DNA of 64,000 nucleotides from Planctomycetota bacterium (GCA_031409275.1 JANNXA010000051.1:160001-224000); one strand, 5' to 3'. Shown: positions 49,172 through 59,139, counted from the first letter of the stretch. A program made the numbers and translations. The notes: a model not told the origin generated them from the letters alone.

Positions 49172-49762
49172 ATGGACGACCTCGACCTCGCAACCCTCGA
49201 ACTGGCCCGCGCCGGCGACCTCGACGCGTATCGGGCCTTCGTGAAAGCGTACGAGCGCCCGATCCACCACACCGTGTGGCGTCTCGTCGGCAGTCGCTTC
49301 TCCGCCGAGGTCGAGGACATCTCGCAGGACATCTTCATCAAGCTATTCCGCGCGCTGCCGCAGTTCGACCTGGCGCGCGGAACGAAGCTGTCGAGCTGGG
49401 TCTTCACCTTCGTCAAGAACTACTGCTTCGACGTGCTGAAGCGGCGACGGCTGCCGACCATCTCGCTCGATGCCGGGGAGGACGGCGGAACGCTGCCCAT
49501 CGCCTCCCGTACGCGCAGCCCCGGAGACGAACTGTCGACGCGCGAAGTGCAGGATGCCATCGCCCGCGCGGTCGACCTGCTCCCGCGCGAGCAGAAGCTC
49601 GCCTTCGTGCTGCGCGAGTACGAGGGGCTCGCCTACGCCGAGATCGCCACCATCTCGTGCTGCTCCGAAGGCACCATCAAGTCGCGAATCCACCGCGCGA
49701 AGGAAGCGCTTCGCTTCCGCTTGCGCCATCTGCTCTTCGATCTCGAAGGAGAGCACTCGTGA
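49172..49762 (+). CDS. ECF RNA polymerase sigma factor
   Basis: VEDISQDIF, SSWVF..N, LREYEGLAYAEIA..GTIKSRIHRA. Confidence 0.95.
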   Translation: MDDLDLATLELARAGDLDAYRAFVKAYERPIHHTVWRLVGSRFSAEVEDISQDIFIKLFRALPQFDLARGTKLSSWVFTFVKNYCFDVLKRRRLPTISLDAGEDGGTLPIASRTRSPGDELSTREVQDAIARAVDLLPREQKLAFVLREYEGLAYAEIATISCCSEGTIKSRIHRAKEALRFRLRHLLFDLEGEHS

Positions 49763-50565
49763 GTCGTCTACCCCCCGCCATGAATTGCGACCTCTTCCGC
49801 CAGCAGATCCACTTCCGCCACGAGATCGAGCCCGCGATGCGTGCCGCGTTCGATCTCCACGCCACTGGCTGCGTGCGCTGCCATGAATGGCTGCTCGAGA
49901 GCGAGCGGCTCGACGACCTGCTGTTGCAGTGGCGGGCGCCCGCGCCCTCCGTGCGCAGCGGCGGCGAGTTCGCCGACGGAGTGCTGCGCGGCGTGCGCGG
50001 CGAAGGGCCGATCGCTGGATGCGCCGAAACGACGGCGTCGCTCCACCACCTGCTGGCCGGCGACCTCGAGCCGTGGCTCGCGGCACGCGTCGAGCGCCAC
50101 CTCGAACAGTGCCGCGACTGCTCCGAGCACCGCGACGAAGCGCGTCAGTCGCGATCGCTGTGGCTGGCATGGAGCGCGCCCGATCCCTCCGAGAGCTTCG
50201 CCGATCGACTGATCCGCCGGCTCGAGCCGGAGACGCGCGCGGCGCGCCGCCGGCGGGCGCTCGTCGAGTGGGCGTTCGGGCCGATCCATGTGCCGCGCGC
50301 GGCGGCGGCGCTGGTGCTCACGTCGATCACGCTCCTTTCGCTCGGATTGCTGCAATCGCGCCAGGGCGGCGCCAACCGTACGCCGCCGGACATCCGCGCC
50401 GGCACGGACACCGGCACGCTGCCGATCCGCCACGCCGTCGTCCCGATCGAACCGGCGCAGTTCGCGCCCGGTGGCCGCGGCGACCCGACCGGCAGCCTCT
50501 CGCGCGACGTCCGTCGCCATCGCGACGGCACCTTGCGTTCGACCTTGAGCGGTGGAGAGAAGTAA
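49759..50565 (+). CDS. Anti-sigma factor with two zf-HC2 (ZAS) motifs and one TM
   Basis: HATGCVRC and HLEQCRDC; TM AAAALVLTSITLLSLGLL; GTGA overlap with the sigma gene (alternative ATG at 49780). Confidence 0.85.
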   Translation: MSRLPPAMNCDLFRQQIHFRHEIEPAMRAAFDLHATGCVRCHEWLLESERLDDLLLQWRAPAPSVRSGGEFADGVLRGVRGEGPIAGCAETTASLHHLLAGDLEPWLAARVERHLEQCRDCSEHRDEARQSRSLWLAWSAPDPSESFADRLIRRLEPETRAARRRRALVEWAFGPIHVPRAAAALVLTSITLLSLGLLQSRQGGANRTPPDIRAGTDTGTLPIRHAVVPIEPAQFAPGGRGDPTGSLSRDVRRHRDGTLRSTLSGGEK

Positions 50566-50569
50566 GCGA

Positions 50570-52078
50570 ATGGTCTCCGTGCTGCTCAGTTTCTGGATGG
50601 CGCTCGCGAATCCGGAATGGATCACGAGCGCGTTCGACGATGAGCCGCCGACCAGCGGCGTCGTCACGCGCCAGGTCGCCGACCCGGTCGACGTCGCTCG
50701 CGTCGAGGAGTTGGTGCGGCGCCACGACGCCGCGATCCTCGGCCGCGACCGCGCGAGCGCCGCCGCCGATTTCGCCGACGGCTTCGAATCGAGCGACTTC
50801 CACTGCCGCAACGCGCAGGAACTGCTCGACCGCTTCGACGCCTTCGTCGTCGCGAATCGCGACCTGCAGTTCGAGAGCAAGGTCCTGCAGACGGAACGGG
50901 TCGGCGGCTTCCTCGTCGCCGACGTCCAGCGCACGGTCAAGGCGACCTGCAACGAGAGCGGCGCGTCGGTCGAAGAGACCGCGTGCGAGACGCTGGTGAT
51001 CGACGCGCGCGGCGAGCGATTGCGGATTCGCGGCCTGTTCGAGAACGAGTCGAGCAAGTCGGCGCGCCTCGATCGGGTGCGACGCCGCTACGACGGTGGC
51101 GATGCGCTGCTCTACAGCGTCGCGCTACCGGAGCCGTTCGTGCCGGTACCGCGGACGCCGCCGGGAGCCGCGCTCGACGACCTGCTGCTCCTCGACCCGG
51201 CGCACGACGCCCAGCTCGGACTGATGCTGTTCGACCCGACGCTCGATCAGTCGCTCGGCGACCTGCTCTTCAGCGACCTCGCCGGCCCCACCGCGAAGTT
51301 CCTGATCGAGCCGGCGCGCTTCGAGCGTGCGCCCCCGGCGTTCAGCCAGGCGCAGGTCGCCGAGGTCGAGTACGCGCCGGGCGCCGACGCCCCTGATGCT
51401 CCGACGTTCCGCGAACGGGCGATCTACCTGTCGCCCGACGGTCGCATGATTTTCGCGGCCTGGGTGCGAGCACCGGTGGCGCACTTCGAAGCGGTGAAGG
51501 GGAAGGTCGACCAGCTGGCGCGCTCGCTGCGACTCGCCGACGTGCGACCCGGCCGCCCCTATTCCACCGCGCTGCTCGACGCCAACCCGCGCTGGAAGAC
51601 CTTCACTGACGGCATCTTCCGACCCGACGCCGCGCCGATCGACCTCGTCCTGCCGACCGGCCTGGCCGCGACGCCACTGCTCGGCGATCACATCCTGCGC
51701 CTGCGGTTGCGGCTGCTGGACGACCCGAACTCGACGATCATCGTGCGCGTCTTCCCGCGCGGGGAGGGGCGCATCTCGGCGCAGTCGATCCTCGAGAAGT
51801 CGGTCGCGCGAATGGTGCAGTTCGCGTGCGCCGAAGGGGCCGGCGGCGACAGCAAGCGCGAAGAAGGCTTTGTCGACGTCCTGGGTGCCCACGGCGACTG
51901 GCGCGGCGTCGAGATCCGCTGCCAGGACGGTTCGCGACGCAGCTATCAGATCGTCGCCGTCGACCACGCCGACTGCCATGTGCAAGTGCAGATGCTGCCG
52001 GGATCGAGCCAGCAGCAACTGCAGGCGGCGGCGTTGCGGCGAGTGCTCGAAGGGTTGCGCGTGCGACCCGACCGCTGA
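50570..52078 (+). CDS. Exported hypothetical protein (NTF2-like-looking N-terminal region)
   Basis: Short hydrophobic N-terminus, strong codon bias, co-oriented with the ECF pair. Confidence 0.7.
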   Translation: MVSVLLSFWMALANPEWITSAFDDEPPTSGVVTRQVADPVDVARVEELVRRHDAAILGRDRASAAADFADGFESSDFHCRNAQELLDRFDAFVVANRDLQFESKVLQTERVGGFLVADVQRTVKATCNESGASVEETACETLVIDARGERLRIRGLFENESSKSARLDRVRRRYDGGDALLYSVALPEPFVPVPRTPPGAALDDLLLLDPAHDAQLGLMLFDPTLDQSLGDLLFSDLAGPTAKFLIEPARFERAPPAFSQAQVAEVEYAPGADAPDAPTFRERAIYLSPDGRMIFAAWVRAPVAHFEAVKGKVDQLARSLRLADVRPGRPYSTALLDANPRWKTFTDGIFRPDAAPIDLVLPTGLAATPLLGDHILRLRLRLLDDPNSTIIVRVFPRGEGRISAQSILEKSVARMVQFACAEGAGGDSKREEGFVDVLGAHGDWRGVEIRCQDGSRRSYQIVAVDHADCHVQVQMLPGSSQQQLQAAALRRVLEGLRVRPDR

Positions 52079-52120
52079 GGTCACCGGCGCGCCAAGGCGC
52101 CTCGATTCGGCGAGGCGCGG

Positions 52121-52591
52121 TCAGCCGCCCTTCTTCTTGCGCGCCTCGAGTTCGGCCCGTTTCGCTTCGTCGGCCGCGATCGCGGCCTCGAGCGCCGCGT
52201 TCTCCTGCTGCAACTGCTCGAGGCGAGCCTTGCCCTCGGACTGCGCTTTCGTCGCGCTGTCGATGGCACGCCCGGTGGCGGCCTGCTCGTCGCCGAGCTT
52301 GCGCACCTGGTCGCGCATCGTCTGCAGGGCCGTGAGGCGTTCGCGGTGCTCGGCGGCGAGCCCCTCTTCGGCGGCGATCAGTTCGCCGATCCGCGCCTCG
52401 AGCAGGCGGGCGTGGAGCACCTCCTCCGCGTGCCGATCGCGCAACTGCTCGACGGCGGCCTTCGAATTCGAAGCGCGGATGACGGCGAAGACTTCCGGTT
52501 CCGGCGGCGGATCCGATTCGGGCGCCGGCCCCGTGGAGAGCGGGGTGCAGGCGACGGCGAAGAGCAGAACCAGCGGCAGGCAGCGATGCAT
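52121..52591 (-). CDS. Coiled-coil lipoprotein
   Basis: MHRCLPLVLLFAVAC lipobox followed by heptads. Confidence 0.7.
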   Translation of the reverse strand: MHRCLPLVLLFAVACTPLSTGPAPESDPPPEPEVFAVIRASNSKAAVEQLRDRHAEEVLHARLLEARIGELIAAEEGLAAEHRERLTALQTMRDQVRKLGDEQAATGRAIDSATKAQSEGKARLEQLQQENAALEAAIAADEAKRAELEARKKKGG

Positions 52592-52715
52592 GCGGAAGCC
52601 CCAGCCTTGACCGGGAAGCGGTTGCCTCGGCGAGGCCGCGATGCTAACCGCCTCGACCGCTATGCTCGCCCCCCCTTTCCGACACCCCCTCCACAGATTC
52701 GAGAGAGCGAGCGCG

Positions 52716-53192
52716 ATGATCGAACGCACCCTCATCATCCTGAAGCCCGATGCCATCCAGCGCGGCCTGTCCGGCCGCATCCTCACGCGGTTCGAGGAGA
52801 AGGGGCTGAAGGTGGTCGCGGCCAAGTTCACGGTCCTGCCGCGCGCCCTCGTCGAGAAGCACTACGAGCCGCACAAGAGCAAGCCGTTCTATCCCGGTCT
52901 CGTCGACTACATGTCGAAGGGCCCCGTGCTCGTGCTCTGCTTCGAGGGACCGTTCTGCATCGAGGCGTCGCGCAAGCTGATGGGTGCCACGTTCGGATAC
53001 AAGGCCGAGCCCGGCACGATCCGCGGCGACTTCACCGCAAGCAAGGGCATGAACCTCGTGCATGGCTCCGACAGCGTCGAGTCGGCCACGCGCGAAGTCG
53101 CGCTGTTCTTCAAGCCCGAGGAGTTGGTGAACTATGAGCTGCAGAACGCGCCGTGGATGTGCAGCGACGAAGATCGCAAGTCGGCGAGCTGA
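52716..53192 (+). CDS. ndk: Nucleoside diphosphate kinase
   Basis: ERTLIILKPDAIQRGL, PGTIRGDF, NLVHGSDS. Confidence 0.98.
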   Translation: MIERTLIILKPDAIQRGLSGRILTRFEEKGLKVVAAKFTVLPRALVEKHYEPHKSKPFYPGLVDYMSKGPVLVLCFEGPFCIEASRKLMGATFGYKAEPGTIRGDFTASKGMNLVHGSDSVESATREVALFFKPEELVNYELQNAPWMCSDEDRKSAS

Positions 53193-54183
53193 GCCGCCGA
53201 TCCGCTCGCGCCGACTCGCTCGACTCCTTCTCCTGCTCTGCCTCCCGCTGGGCCTCCCGCTGGGCTTCTCGCTGGCGGGCTGCCTGTCGCAGGAGGAGGA
53301 GAATCGCGTCATCACGCATCAGGTCAGCTCGAAGGCGTTCTACGAAGTCGGCGACTTCGCGCGCGCCGAAGACCAATGCCGACGCGGCCTGGCCATCGAC
53401 GATGGCAACGAGAACCTGCAGCTCATGCTCGGCTACGCGCTGCTGCGCCAGGCCGACCGCGCCAAGATCGAGGAAGCGGTCACGCGCTTCGCAGCCCAGT
53501 CGGGGCCATTCGGCGCGGACGATTGGCGCGTCGATCTCGGCTACGGCATGTCGCTGCAGCAACTCGCCCGCCTGTGCGCCGAGGACCCGGCGCCCGCCCA
53601 GAAGGAGCGCGTTGCCGAGCTGCGCGAGAACGCGCGTGAAACGCTCGAGCGCGCCGCGAACGCCTCTGCCGCCAAGAACAACACGCCTGCCGACGTGCCC
53701 TTCCACCTTTCGCTGCTCGACCTCGAGGAGGGCAAGCTCGAACTGTTCCATCGCCACGCCATCGACGCGATGGCCAAGCTCGAGACGCAGGAGAAGGTCT
53801 TCGCCGCCCAGCTTTCGCAGCAGATGGGCGAGACCGAGCGGCAGCGCACCGATCGCGACCGCGCGGTCAACGCGTCGCGCGGCCGTCGGCTGGCACGCGA
53901 GCTGGCCCGCGTGAGCTGGGACCAGAAGGACCACGCGACGGCCTCGATGGCGATGGAGAAACTCGAGCGCTTCGGAGCGCTCGACCGCGCCGACTACTTC
54001 ACGCGCGCGCGCATCCGCGAGGAGCTCGGGGACGACGAGCGCGCCGTGGCCGACTACTCGAAGTTCATCGAGCTCTCGCCCGACCAGGTCGACGACACGG
54101 TCGGACGCGCGGTGACCGCGTTGACGCGGCTGCGGTCGCGACTCGCGGAGAAGCGCACCGCCACGCCGCCCGGAGGATCATGA
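53134..54183 (+). CDS. TPR-like lipoprotein
   Basis: FSLAGC lipobox; TPR-like helices (YFTRARIREELGDDERAVADYSKFIELSP); the only ATG start overlaps ndk. Confidence 0.7.
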   Translation: MSCRTRRGCAATKIASRRAEPPIRSRRLARLLLLLCLPLGLPLGFSLAGCLSQEEENRVITHQVSSKAFYEVGDFARAEDQCRRGLAIDDGNENLQLMLGYALLRQADRAKIEEAVTRFAAQSGPFGADDWRVDLGYGMSLQQLARLCAEDPAPAQKERVAELRENARETLERAANASAAKNNTPADVPFHLSLLDLEEGKLELFHRHAIDAMAKLETQEKVFAAQLSQQMGETERQRTDRDRAVNASRGRRLARELARVSWDQKDHATASMAMEKLERFGALDRADYFTRARIREELGDDERAVADYSKFIELSPDQVDDTVGRAVTALTRLRSRLAEKRTATPPGGS

Positions 54184-54599
54184 ACGCTCCCGCGGACTTC
54201 CGCTTCCGCCGCGAGGATCGGGTGCTGCACAAGTCGGAGTTCGACCTCGCATTCGCCGCCGGATGGCGCGCCTTCGCGCAGGGACTCGTGATCTACCTGC
54301 GGGACGCCGACCTGGGCCGCCCGCGCATCGGACTCGTGACGTCACGGAAGTTCGGCAACGCCGTCCACCGCAATCGCGCGCGCCGATTGCTCCGCGAAGC
54401 GTTCCGCCTCGAGCGTGCGCAGCTGCCGCCGCTCGACATCGTGGCGCTGCCGCAGCCGGGACGCTTCCCCGACAGTTGCGCGAAGGTGCGGCGCGCCTTG
54501 CTGGAAGCGGTCGCGCGCGCGCGCAAGGCGACGCCGCGTCCGCGGCCGGTCGAAGCGAAGCCAGGCTCGTCCGCGAGCGGCGCCGGATCCGAGTCGTGA
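54180..54599 (+). CDS. rnpA: Ribonuclease P protein component
   Basis: PRIGLVTSRKFGNAVHRNRARRLLREAFR (RNR motif). Confidence 0.95.
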   Translation: MNAPADFRFRREDRVLHKSEFDLAFAAGWRAFAQGLVIYLRDADLGRPRIGLVTSRKFGNAVHRNRARRLLREAFRLERAQLPPLDIVALPQPGRFPDSCAKVRRALLEAVARARKATPRPRPVEAKPGSSASGAGSES

Positions 54600-54826
54600 A
54601 GCGGCTGCTGCTGGCAACCGTGAGCCTCTACCAACGCACGCTTTCGTTGGTGATTCCGGTGCAGTGCCGCTTCTATCCGTCGTGCTCGTGCTACTTCCAC
54701 GAGGCCGTCGAACGCCACGGCGTGCTGCGCGGCAGCGCGCTCGGGATCTGGCGGGTGCTGCGTTGCCAGCCCTTCGGCGGATCGGGCTACGACCCGGTCG
54801 CGGAACGAAACGACGGGCAGAAGTAG
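54596..54826 (+). CDS. yidD: Membrane protein insertion efficiency factor YidD
   Basis: YQ..CRFYPSCS.Y..HG..RCQPFGGSGYDPV; GTGA overlap with rnpA. Confidence 0.95.
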   Translation: MKRLLLATVSLYQRTLSLVIPVQCRFYPSCSCYFHEAVERHGVLRGSALGIWRVLRCQPFGGSGYDPVAERNDGQK

Positions 54827-54829
54827 CCG

Positions 54830-55012
54830 TTAGCCCGCTTGATTCACGAGCCCCGTCGCGAGGCGACGGGATGTCGGCGCAAGACGAGGAGGGAAATCGC
54901 GGCTCCGACGATGCGGGTCTGCCGACCCGCTGAGGAAGGAACGCGGTTCTCGGACGACGTCGTGCGTCGACAGACCGAGCCACTGCAGGGGCTCGTGAAT
55001 CAAGCGGGTTAG
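54830..55012. mobile_element. MITE-like palindromic element (21-bp TIRs, TTAG flanks)
   Basis: CCCGCTTGATTCACGAGCCCC (54834-54854) and its perfect inverse (54988-55008), with TTAG on each side; no convincing gene inside. Confidence 0.7.
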
Positions 55013-57132
55013 TAGTAGTAGCCGTCCGCGGAGCTCGACCCGGTCGCCCCGTCGTTCAGCCGCACCTGCGGATGGTGGCGGCGGATGAGCTGCGCCATCG
55101 CGAACGGGTTCTCGTAGGCCGGAACCTTCGCGCCGCCCATCTGCCGGAAGCCGAACAGCATCGGGTTGTCGATGCGACTCCACTCGCTCTTGAGCTCGCG
55201 CTCGGCCGCCTCGCGATCCTTCGCCGACATGCTGCTGAGGTCGGGCAGTTCGCGACTGCGGACCATGGCGACGTAGGCGGAGGAGTCGGCGTCATTCACC
55301 AGCACCTGCGGCAGGACCGCGCCGGCACGCAGCGCCATCAACATCGACTCGCCGTTGCCATCCGGCGAGAAGCGGTTCTGACGCAGCAGGAAGCGCTCGG
55401 CGCCGCTGAAGCGATCGTTGAAGTACCAGGTCGAGGAGACATCGCGGCGCTGCGGGGCGAGTGACTTCACCTCGAGGCCGAGCGCCTTGGCGTGTTCGGC
55501 GAAGCGGGCGGTGTAGGCCTTGCCTGCGACGGCCGCCACGTGGCGCGCGTAGGCGCGCTGATGGAACTCGCGCTGCTGCTTCTTGCCATCGGCGTCGAGC
55601 ACCTTGTCGGCCTCGACCTTCGCGACCAGCTCGTCGCGCTCCTTGGCGAAGGCGGCGAGCGTTTCGGGCGCCAGCGCCTTCTCGCCATCCGCGATCAGCA
55701 AGGCGAGGAGCTCATCGCCCTTGGCGAGCGCCTTCTCCTTCGCGTGGTCGCCGATCCACTGGGTGAGCACCTCTGCCTTCACTTCCGCGTAGGGCTTGGG
55801 CTCGGCGGGCTTGGCGGCCGCCGCGAGGCGCACCACGTAGCCCCACTTGCGATCGCCCGTCGGCAACACCGACTGCGTGCGGATGCCCGCGGTGCCGGGC
55901 GCCGACAAGCCGCGAACCATGAACTGGAGCGAGCTGTCCTTCGGCGGATCGAGCTCGGCGAGCTGCTTCATCTCGAGGTCGGAGTGGGCCGTGATGGTGA
56001 AACCGAAGCGAGCGGCCTGCTCGGCGAAGGCGGCGTTCTCCTTCGCGACGCGATCGGCGAGCGCCGCGGTCACGGCCTGCTTCGCCGCGTCGTCGGCATC
56101 GGGCTTCGCCTCTTCGACCGCCGGGAGCGCCGCGACCGCGACGTCGAACTCGGCGCGCACCTTCTCGAGCGTCGCCTTGAGCTGGCGGTCCTTCTTCATC
56201 TTGGCGCGCGCTTCCGGCGTGACGTCGGCCGCCGTCGCCGGGATCTTGGTCCGATCACCGAAGTAGCGCAGCGCGTCGCGCTTGCCGTCGGCGAGATAGT
56301 CGTCGTCGGTCAGGTCCACCGCGCTGACGAGGTCGGCGGCGACGGAGGCCGGATCCCATGCATCGGCGTCGACGAGGATGAACTCCACCGAGTAGCGCTC
56401 GCCGCGCGTGTACTTCTCCGCGACGACGTTCGCGTCGAGGCCCTTGAACCACGCCTCGAGGTCGACATCGGACGGCGGCGCGGCCGCGAGCTCGCTCTTG
56501 AACCGCTCGAAGCTGAGTTCGACGTAGTCGATCCCGACCTGGGTCGCCTTCGGCGTGTAGAGCTGCCCGAGCCGGACCGGGTCGATCACCCGCACGCCCT
56601 GCTGCGCGCGCATCACCGCTTCCACCCGGCAGAGTTCGCCGAGCCGGAACTCGAGGCGCTGCTCGGAGAGCCGGCTGCGAGCGAGCATCGCCGCGAAGTC
56701 GGTCACCGTGAGCTGGATCTGAGGATTGCGCCGCTGGACGAACTGCTTGAAGCGGGTGACGAGCTCCGTCGCGCGCTCGGTCGGCGTCACGATCCCGACC
56801 TCATCGGCGTCGGCGAGCAGCATCAAGTGCGCGTAGGTGCGGTCGCCTTCGCTCAGCGAGGAGTAGGGGTCGTAGCCCTCGACCTGCGCGAAGATCGCGG
56901 AAGCGCCGGGGAGTTCGACCGACGCGGCGGCGAGCGTCTCGTCGTCGATGTTGACCGTCTTGCCGCTGCTCGTCTGGAACGAGAGCTTCGCGCCGCCGGT
57001 CCCGCCGAAGAGCTTCGCGGCGAGCGTCGTCATCGCGCCGGTGACGTTGAAGGTGAGCAGCGAGAAGAGCGTCAGGACCAGGAAGATCCCGAGGTACTTC
57101 GCGTTGTGCTTGTGGAAGTGCTGGAAGGCCAT
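55009..57132 (-). CDS. Membrane-anchored periplasmic protein, PpiD/SurA-N-like
   Basis: N-terminal basic segment + TM; PSDVDLEAWF..YTRGERYSVEF and PKPYAEVKAEVLTQW resemble PpiD-type chaperones. Confidence 0.6.
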   Translation of the reverse strand: MAFQHFHKHNAKYLGIFLVLTLFSLLTFNVTGAMTTLAAKLFGGTGGAKLSFQTSSGKTVNIDDETLAAASVELPGASAIFAQVEGYDPYSSLSEGDRTYAHLMLLADADEVGIVTPTERATELVTRFKQFVQRRNPQIQLTVTDFAAMLARSRLSEQRLEFRLGELCRVEAVMRAQQGVRVIDPVRLGQLYTPKATQVGIDYVELSFERFKSELAAAPPSDVDLEAWFKGLDANVVAEKYTRGERYSVEFILVDADAWDPASVAADLVSAVDLTDDDYLADGKRDALRYFGDRTKIPATAADVTPEARAKMKKDRQLKATLEKVRAEFDVAVAALPAVEEAKPDADDAAKQAVTAALADRVAKENAAFAEQAARFGFTITAHSDLEMKQLAELDPPKDSSLQFMVRGLSAPGTAGIRTQSVLPTGDRKWGYVVRLAAAAKPAEPKPYAEVKAEVLTQWIGDHAKEKALAKGDELLALLIADGEKALAPETLAAFAKERDELVAKVEADKVLDADGKKQQREFHQRAYARHVAAVAGKAYTARFAEHAKALGLEVKSLAPQRRDVSSTWYFNDRFSGAERFLLRQNRFSPDGNGESMLMALRAGAVLPQVLVNDADSSAYVAMVRSRELPDLSSMSAKDREAAERELKSEWSRIDNPMLFGFRQMGGAKVPAYENPFAMAQLIRRHHPQVRLNDGATGSSSADGYYY

Positions 57133-57295
57133 GGATCGATCTCACGCCGCGACCGCACGCCGCGGTTGCCGGGGCGTGGAGAGGCCAAAAGGGCGGGGAG
57201 TCTAGCACCCCCCGGGGGGAAGTCGCGCCCGCAGCCGGACGAGCCGCTCGGTTCGCGGCGGCGCAACGCAGGGGAACCGGGCCGCGGACGAGCGG

Positions 57296-58090
57296 TCAGG
57301 CCGCTCCCGCCGAAGTCGCCGCATCCGCGGAGGGGTCGTCGACAGCACCGTCGGAGCGCGCCTCGCTCGCCGGGCCGCCCTCGCCGTCCGCCGCGCCGTC
57401 GCTGGCGATCGACTCCGCCGTTCCGGCCGCACCCTCATCTGCGAGCGCCTCGTCCGCGACCGCCTCGTCGACGACGACGCCGTCGACTTCCGCCGCTGGT
57501 TCGTCGCTGGTCGCCAGAGGTTCCGGCAACTTCGGCGGCGCGCGCCCGGGGAAGACCGTCGGCAGGTCTTCGAGGCTCGCGAGCCCGAAGTGGTCGAGGA
57601 ACTTCTTGGTGGTGCCGTACTGGAGCGGCCGCCCGACGACTTCGGCGCGACCGACCATCTTCACGAGGCGCCGCTCTTGCAGGAGCTTCAACACCGGCCC
57701 GACCTGGACCCCGCGCACCGCCTCGATCTCCGCGCGCGTGGCCGGCTGCCGATAGGCGACGATGGCCAGCGTCTCGAGCGCCGCGGACGAAAGACGCTCC
57801 TTCTCGGACCGACTGAAGAGCCGCGACAGGAACGGCGCGTACTCGGGCCGCGTCACCAGTCGCCAGCCGCCGGCAATCTCGACCAGCATCAGCGGTGAGC
57901 GCTTCGTCTCGTAGCTGCGCTGCAGCGCCTCGATCGCCGCGCTGACACGCTCGACCTTCAGGTGTCCGATCGCGCGCGCCATCCGCTGCGCCGACAACGA
58001 TTCGTGCGCCGCGAAGAGCATCGATTCGAGGATCGGCAGGAGATCGTCCGCATCCTCGGGCAGCGGAGTCGGTGCGTCAGCGTCGCTCAT
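57296..58090 (-). CDS. scpB: SMC-Scp complex subunit ScpB (with acidic tail)
   Basis: ILESMLFA, LSSAALETLAIVAYRQPATRAEIEAVRGV, GRPLQYGTTKKFLDHFGL. Confidence 0.97.
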   Translation of the reverse strand: MSDADAPTPLPEDADDLLPILESMLFAAHESLSAQRMARAIGHLKVERVSAAIEALQRSYETKRSPLMLVEIAGGWRLVTRPEYAPFLSRLFSRSEKERLSSAALETLAIVAYRQPATRAEIEAVRGVQVGPVLKLLQERRLVKMVGRAEVVGRPLQYGTTKKFLDHFGLASLEDLPTVFPGRAPPKLPEPLATSDEPAAEVDGVVVDEAVADEALADEGAAGTAESIASDGAADGEGGPASEARSDGAVDDPSADAATSAGAA

Positions 58091-59075
58091 CGTTCGATTC
58101 CAGTCCGTGGAAGCGGATCTCGTGGCGGCCTTCCATCAGGCGCATCCACGCTTCGAGTTCAGTCGGCGCCAAAGCGCGCCCATCCAGCAGCTGTTCGATC
58201 GCCGCCGTGCGCGCCGAAAGGTCGCCGCCATCCGGCGGAAGTCGGGCGAGCAACTGCACGATCCGCCAGCGCGTGCCGTCCGCCGTCGCGATCTCCTGCA
58301 CCGGCGAGCACTGGCCGAGCTCGAGCCCTTCGGTCTGCTCGAAGAGCGGCGATGGCAAGTCGCTCGGCAGCGGCGGGTAGAGCCCCCCCTCGCGAGCGCT
58401 CGCGTCCTCCGAGTGCTGCCGTGCGAGGGCGGCGAAGTCCGCGCCCTGACCGAGCTTGCGCAGGAGTTCGTCGGCGAGAGCGCGATCCTTCACGCGCAGC
58501 AGCCTCAGTTGCACGCGCGGATGCTGGGCGAGTTCGTGCAGCACCACTCGTTCGAGCAGCAGCGAGCGCTCCAGCGTCGCGCGCGCGACCGCGGCGTAGG
58601 CCTCGCGATCGATCCCCCAGGTCGCCAGCACGTGGGCCGCGAGGTCGCGCTTCCCTTTCGACGCCTCGGCGATCCGCCGCTCCTGCTCCGCCAGCAGCCT
58701 CACCAGTTCGCGATCGACGACCGCCGTCGGCACCGCAATGCCGATCGCCGCGGCTTCGGCGGCCGCAAGACGATCGAGCACCAGCTGCCGAACGGCGTTG
58801 TTCGCCTCATCCGGCGCCGAAAGCAGCAGCAGCCGGAACGCGGATCCGGCATCGATCGCGACGCCGTCGACCGCGGCAACCGAGGCGAGTCTGGCGTCCG
58901 GGGTCGCCGCCGTCACCGCAACGCGCGGCGGCGCAGCCGCAGGCTCGGTCGGCGGCGCGTCGCCCGGGGAGGGGGTCTGCGCGCATGCGGCGACGAGCGC
59001 CGCGGCCGCCAGCCCGCCACCCCGACTGCGATACGAACGCCAACGCCCCACCACGTCGTCTCCCGTGCCCGTCAT
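58077..59075 (-). CDS. Parvulin-type peptidyl-prolyl isomerase (PrsA-like lipoprotein)
   Basis: LVAAC lipobox; GADFAALARQHSED.SAREGGL; start uncertain. Confidence 0.8.
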   Translation of the reverse strand: MTGTGDDVVGRWRSYRSRGGGLAAAALVAACAQTPSPGDAPPTEPAAAPPRVAVTAATPDARLASVAAVDGVAIDAGSAFRLLLLSAPDEANNAVRQLVLDRLAAAEAAAIGIAVPTAVVDRELVRLLAEQERRIAEASKGKRDLAAHVLATWGIDREAYAAVARATLERSLLLERVVLHELAQHPRVQLRLLRVKDRALADELLRKLGQGADFAALARQHSEDASAREGGLYPPLPSDLPSPLFEQTEGLELGQCSPVQEIATADGTRWRIVQLLARLPPDGGDLSARTAAIEQLLDGRALAPTELEAWMRLMEGRHEIRFHGLESNDERR

Positions 59076-59139
59076 GTTCAAGCGGAGGCGCACACTACCC
59101 GCAGCGCGCCGCCGCGACGGTGGAGGGCGCGGTGGACCG

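Noticed and set aside
53241..53265. 12-bp duplication CCTCCCGCTGGG
   Set aside because: An in-frame LPLG duplication within a signal peptide; no sign of phase variation.
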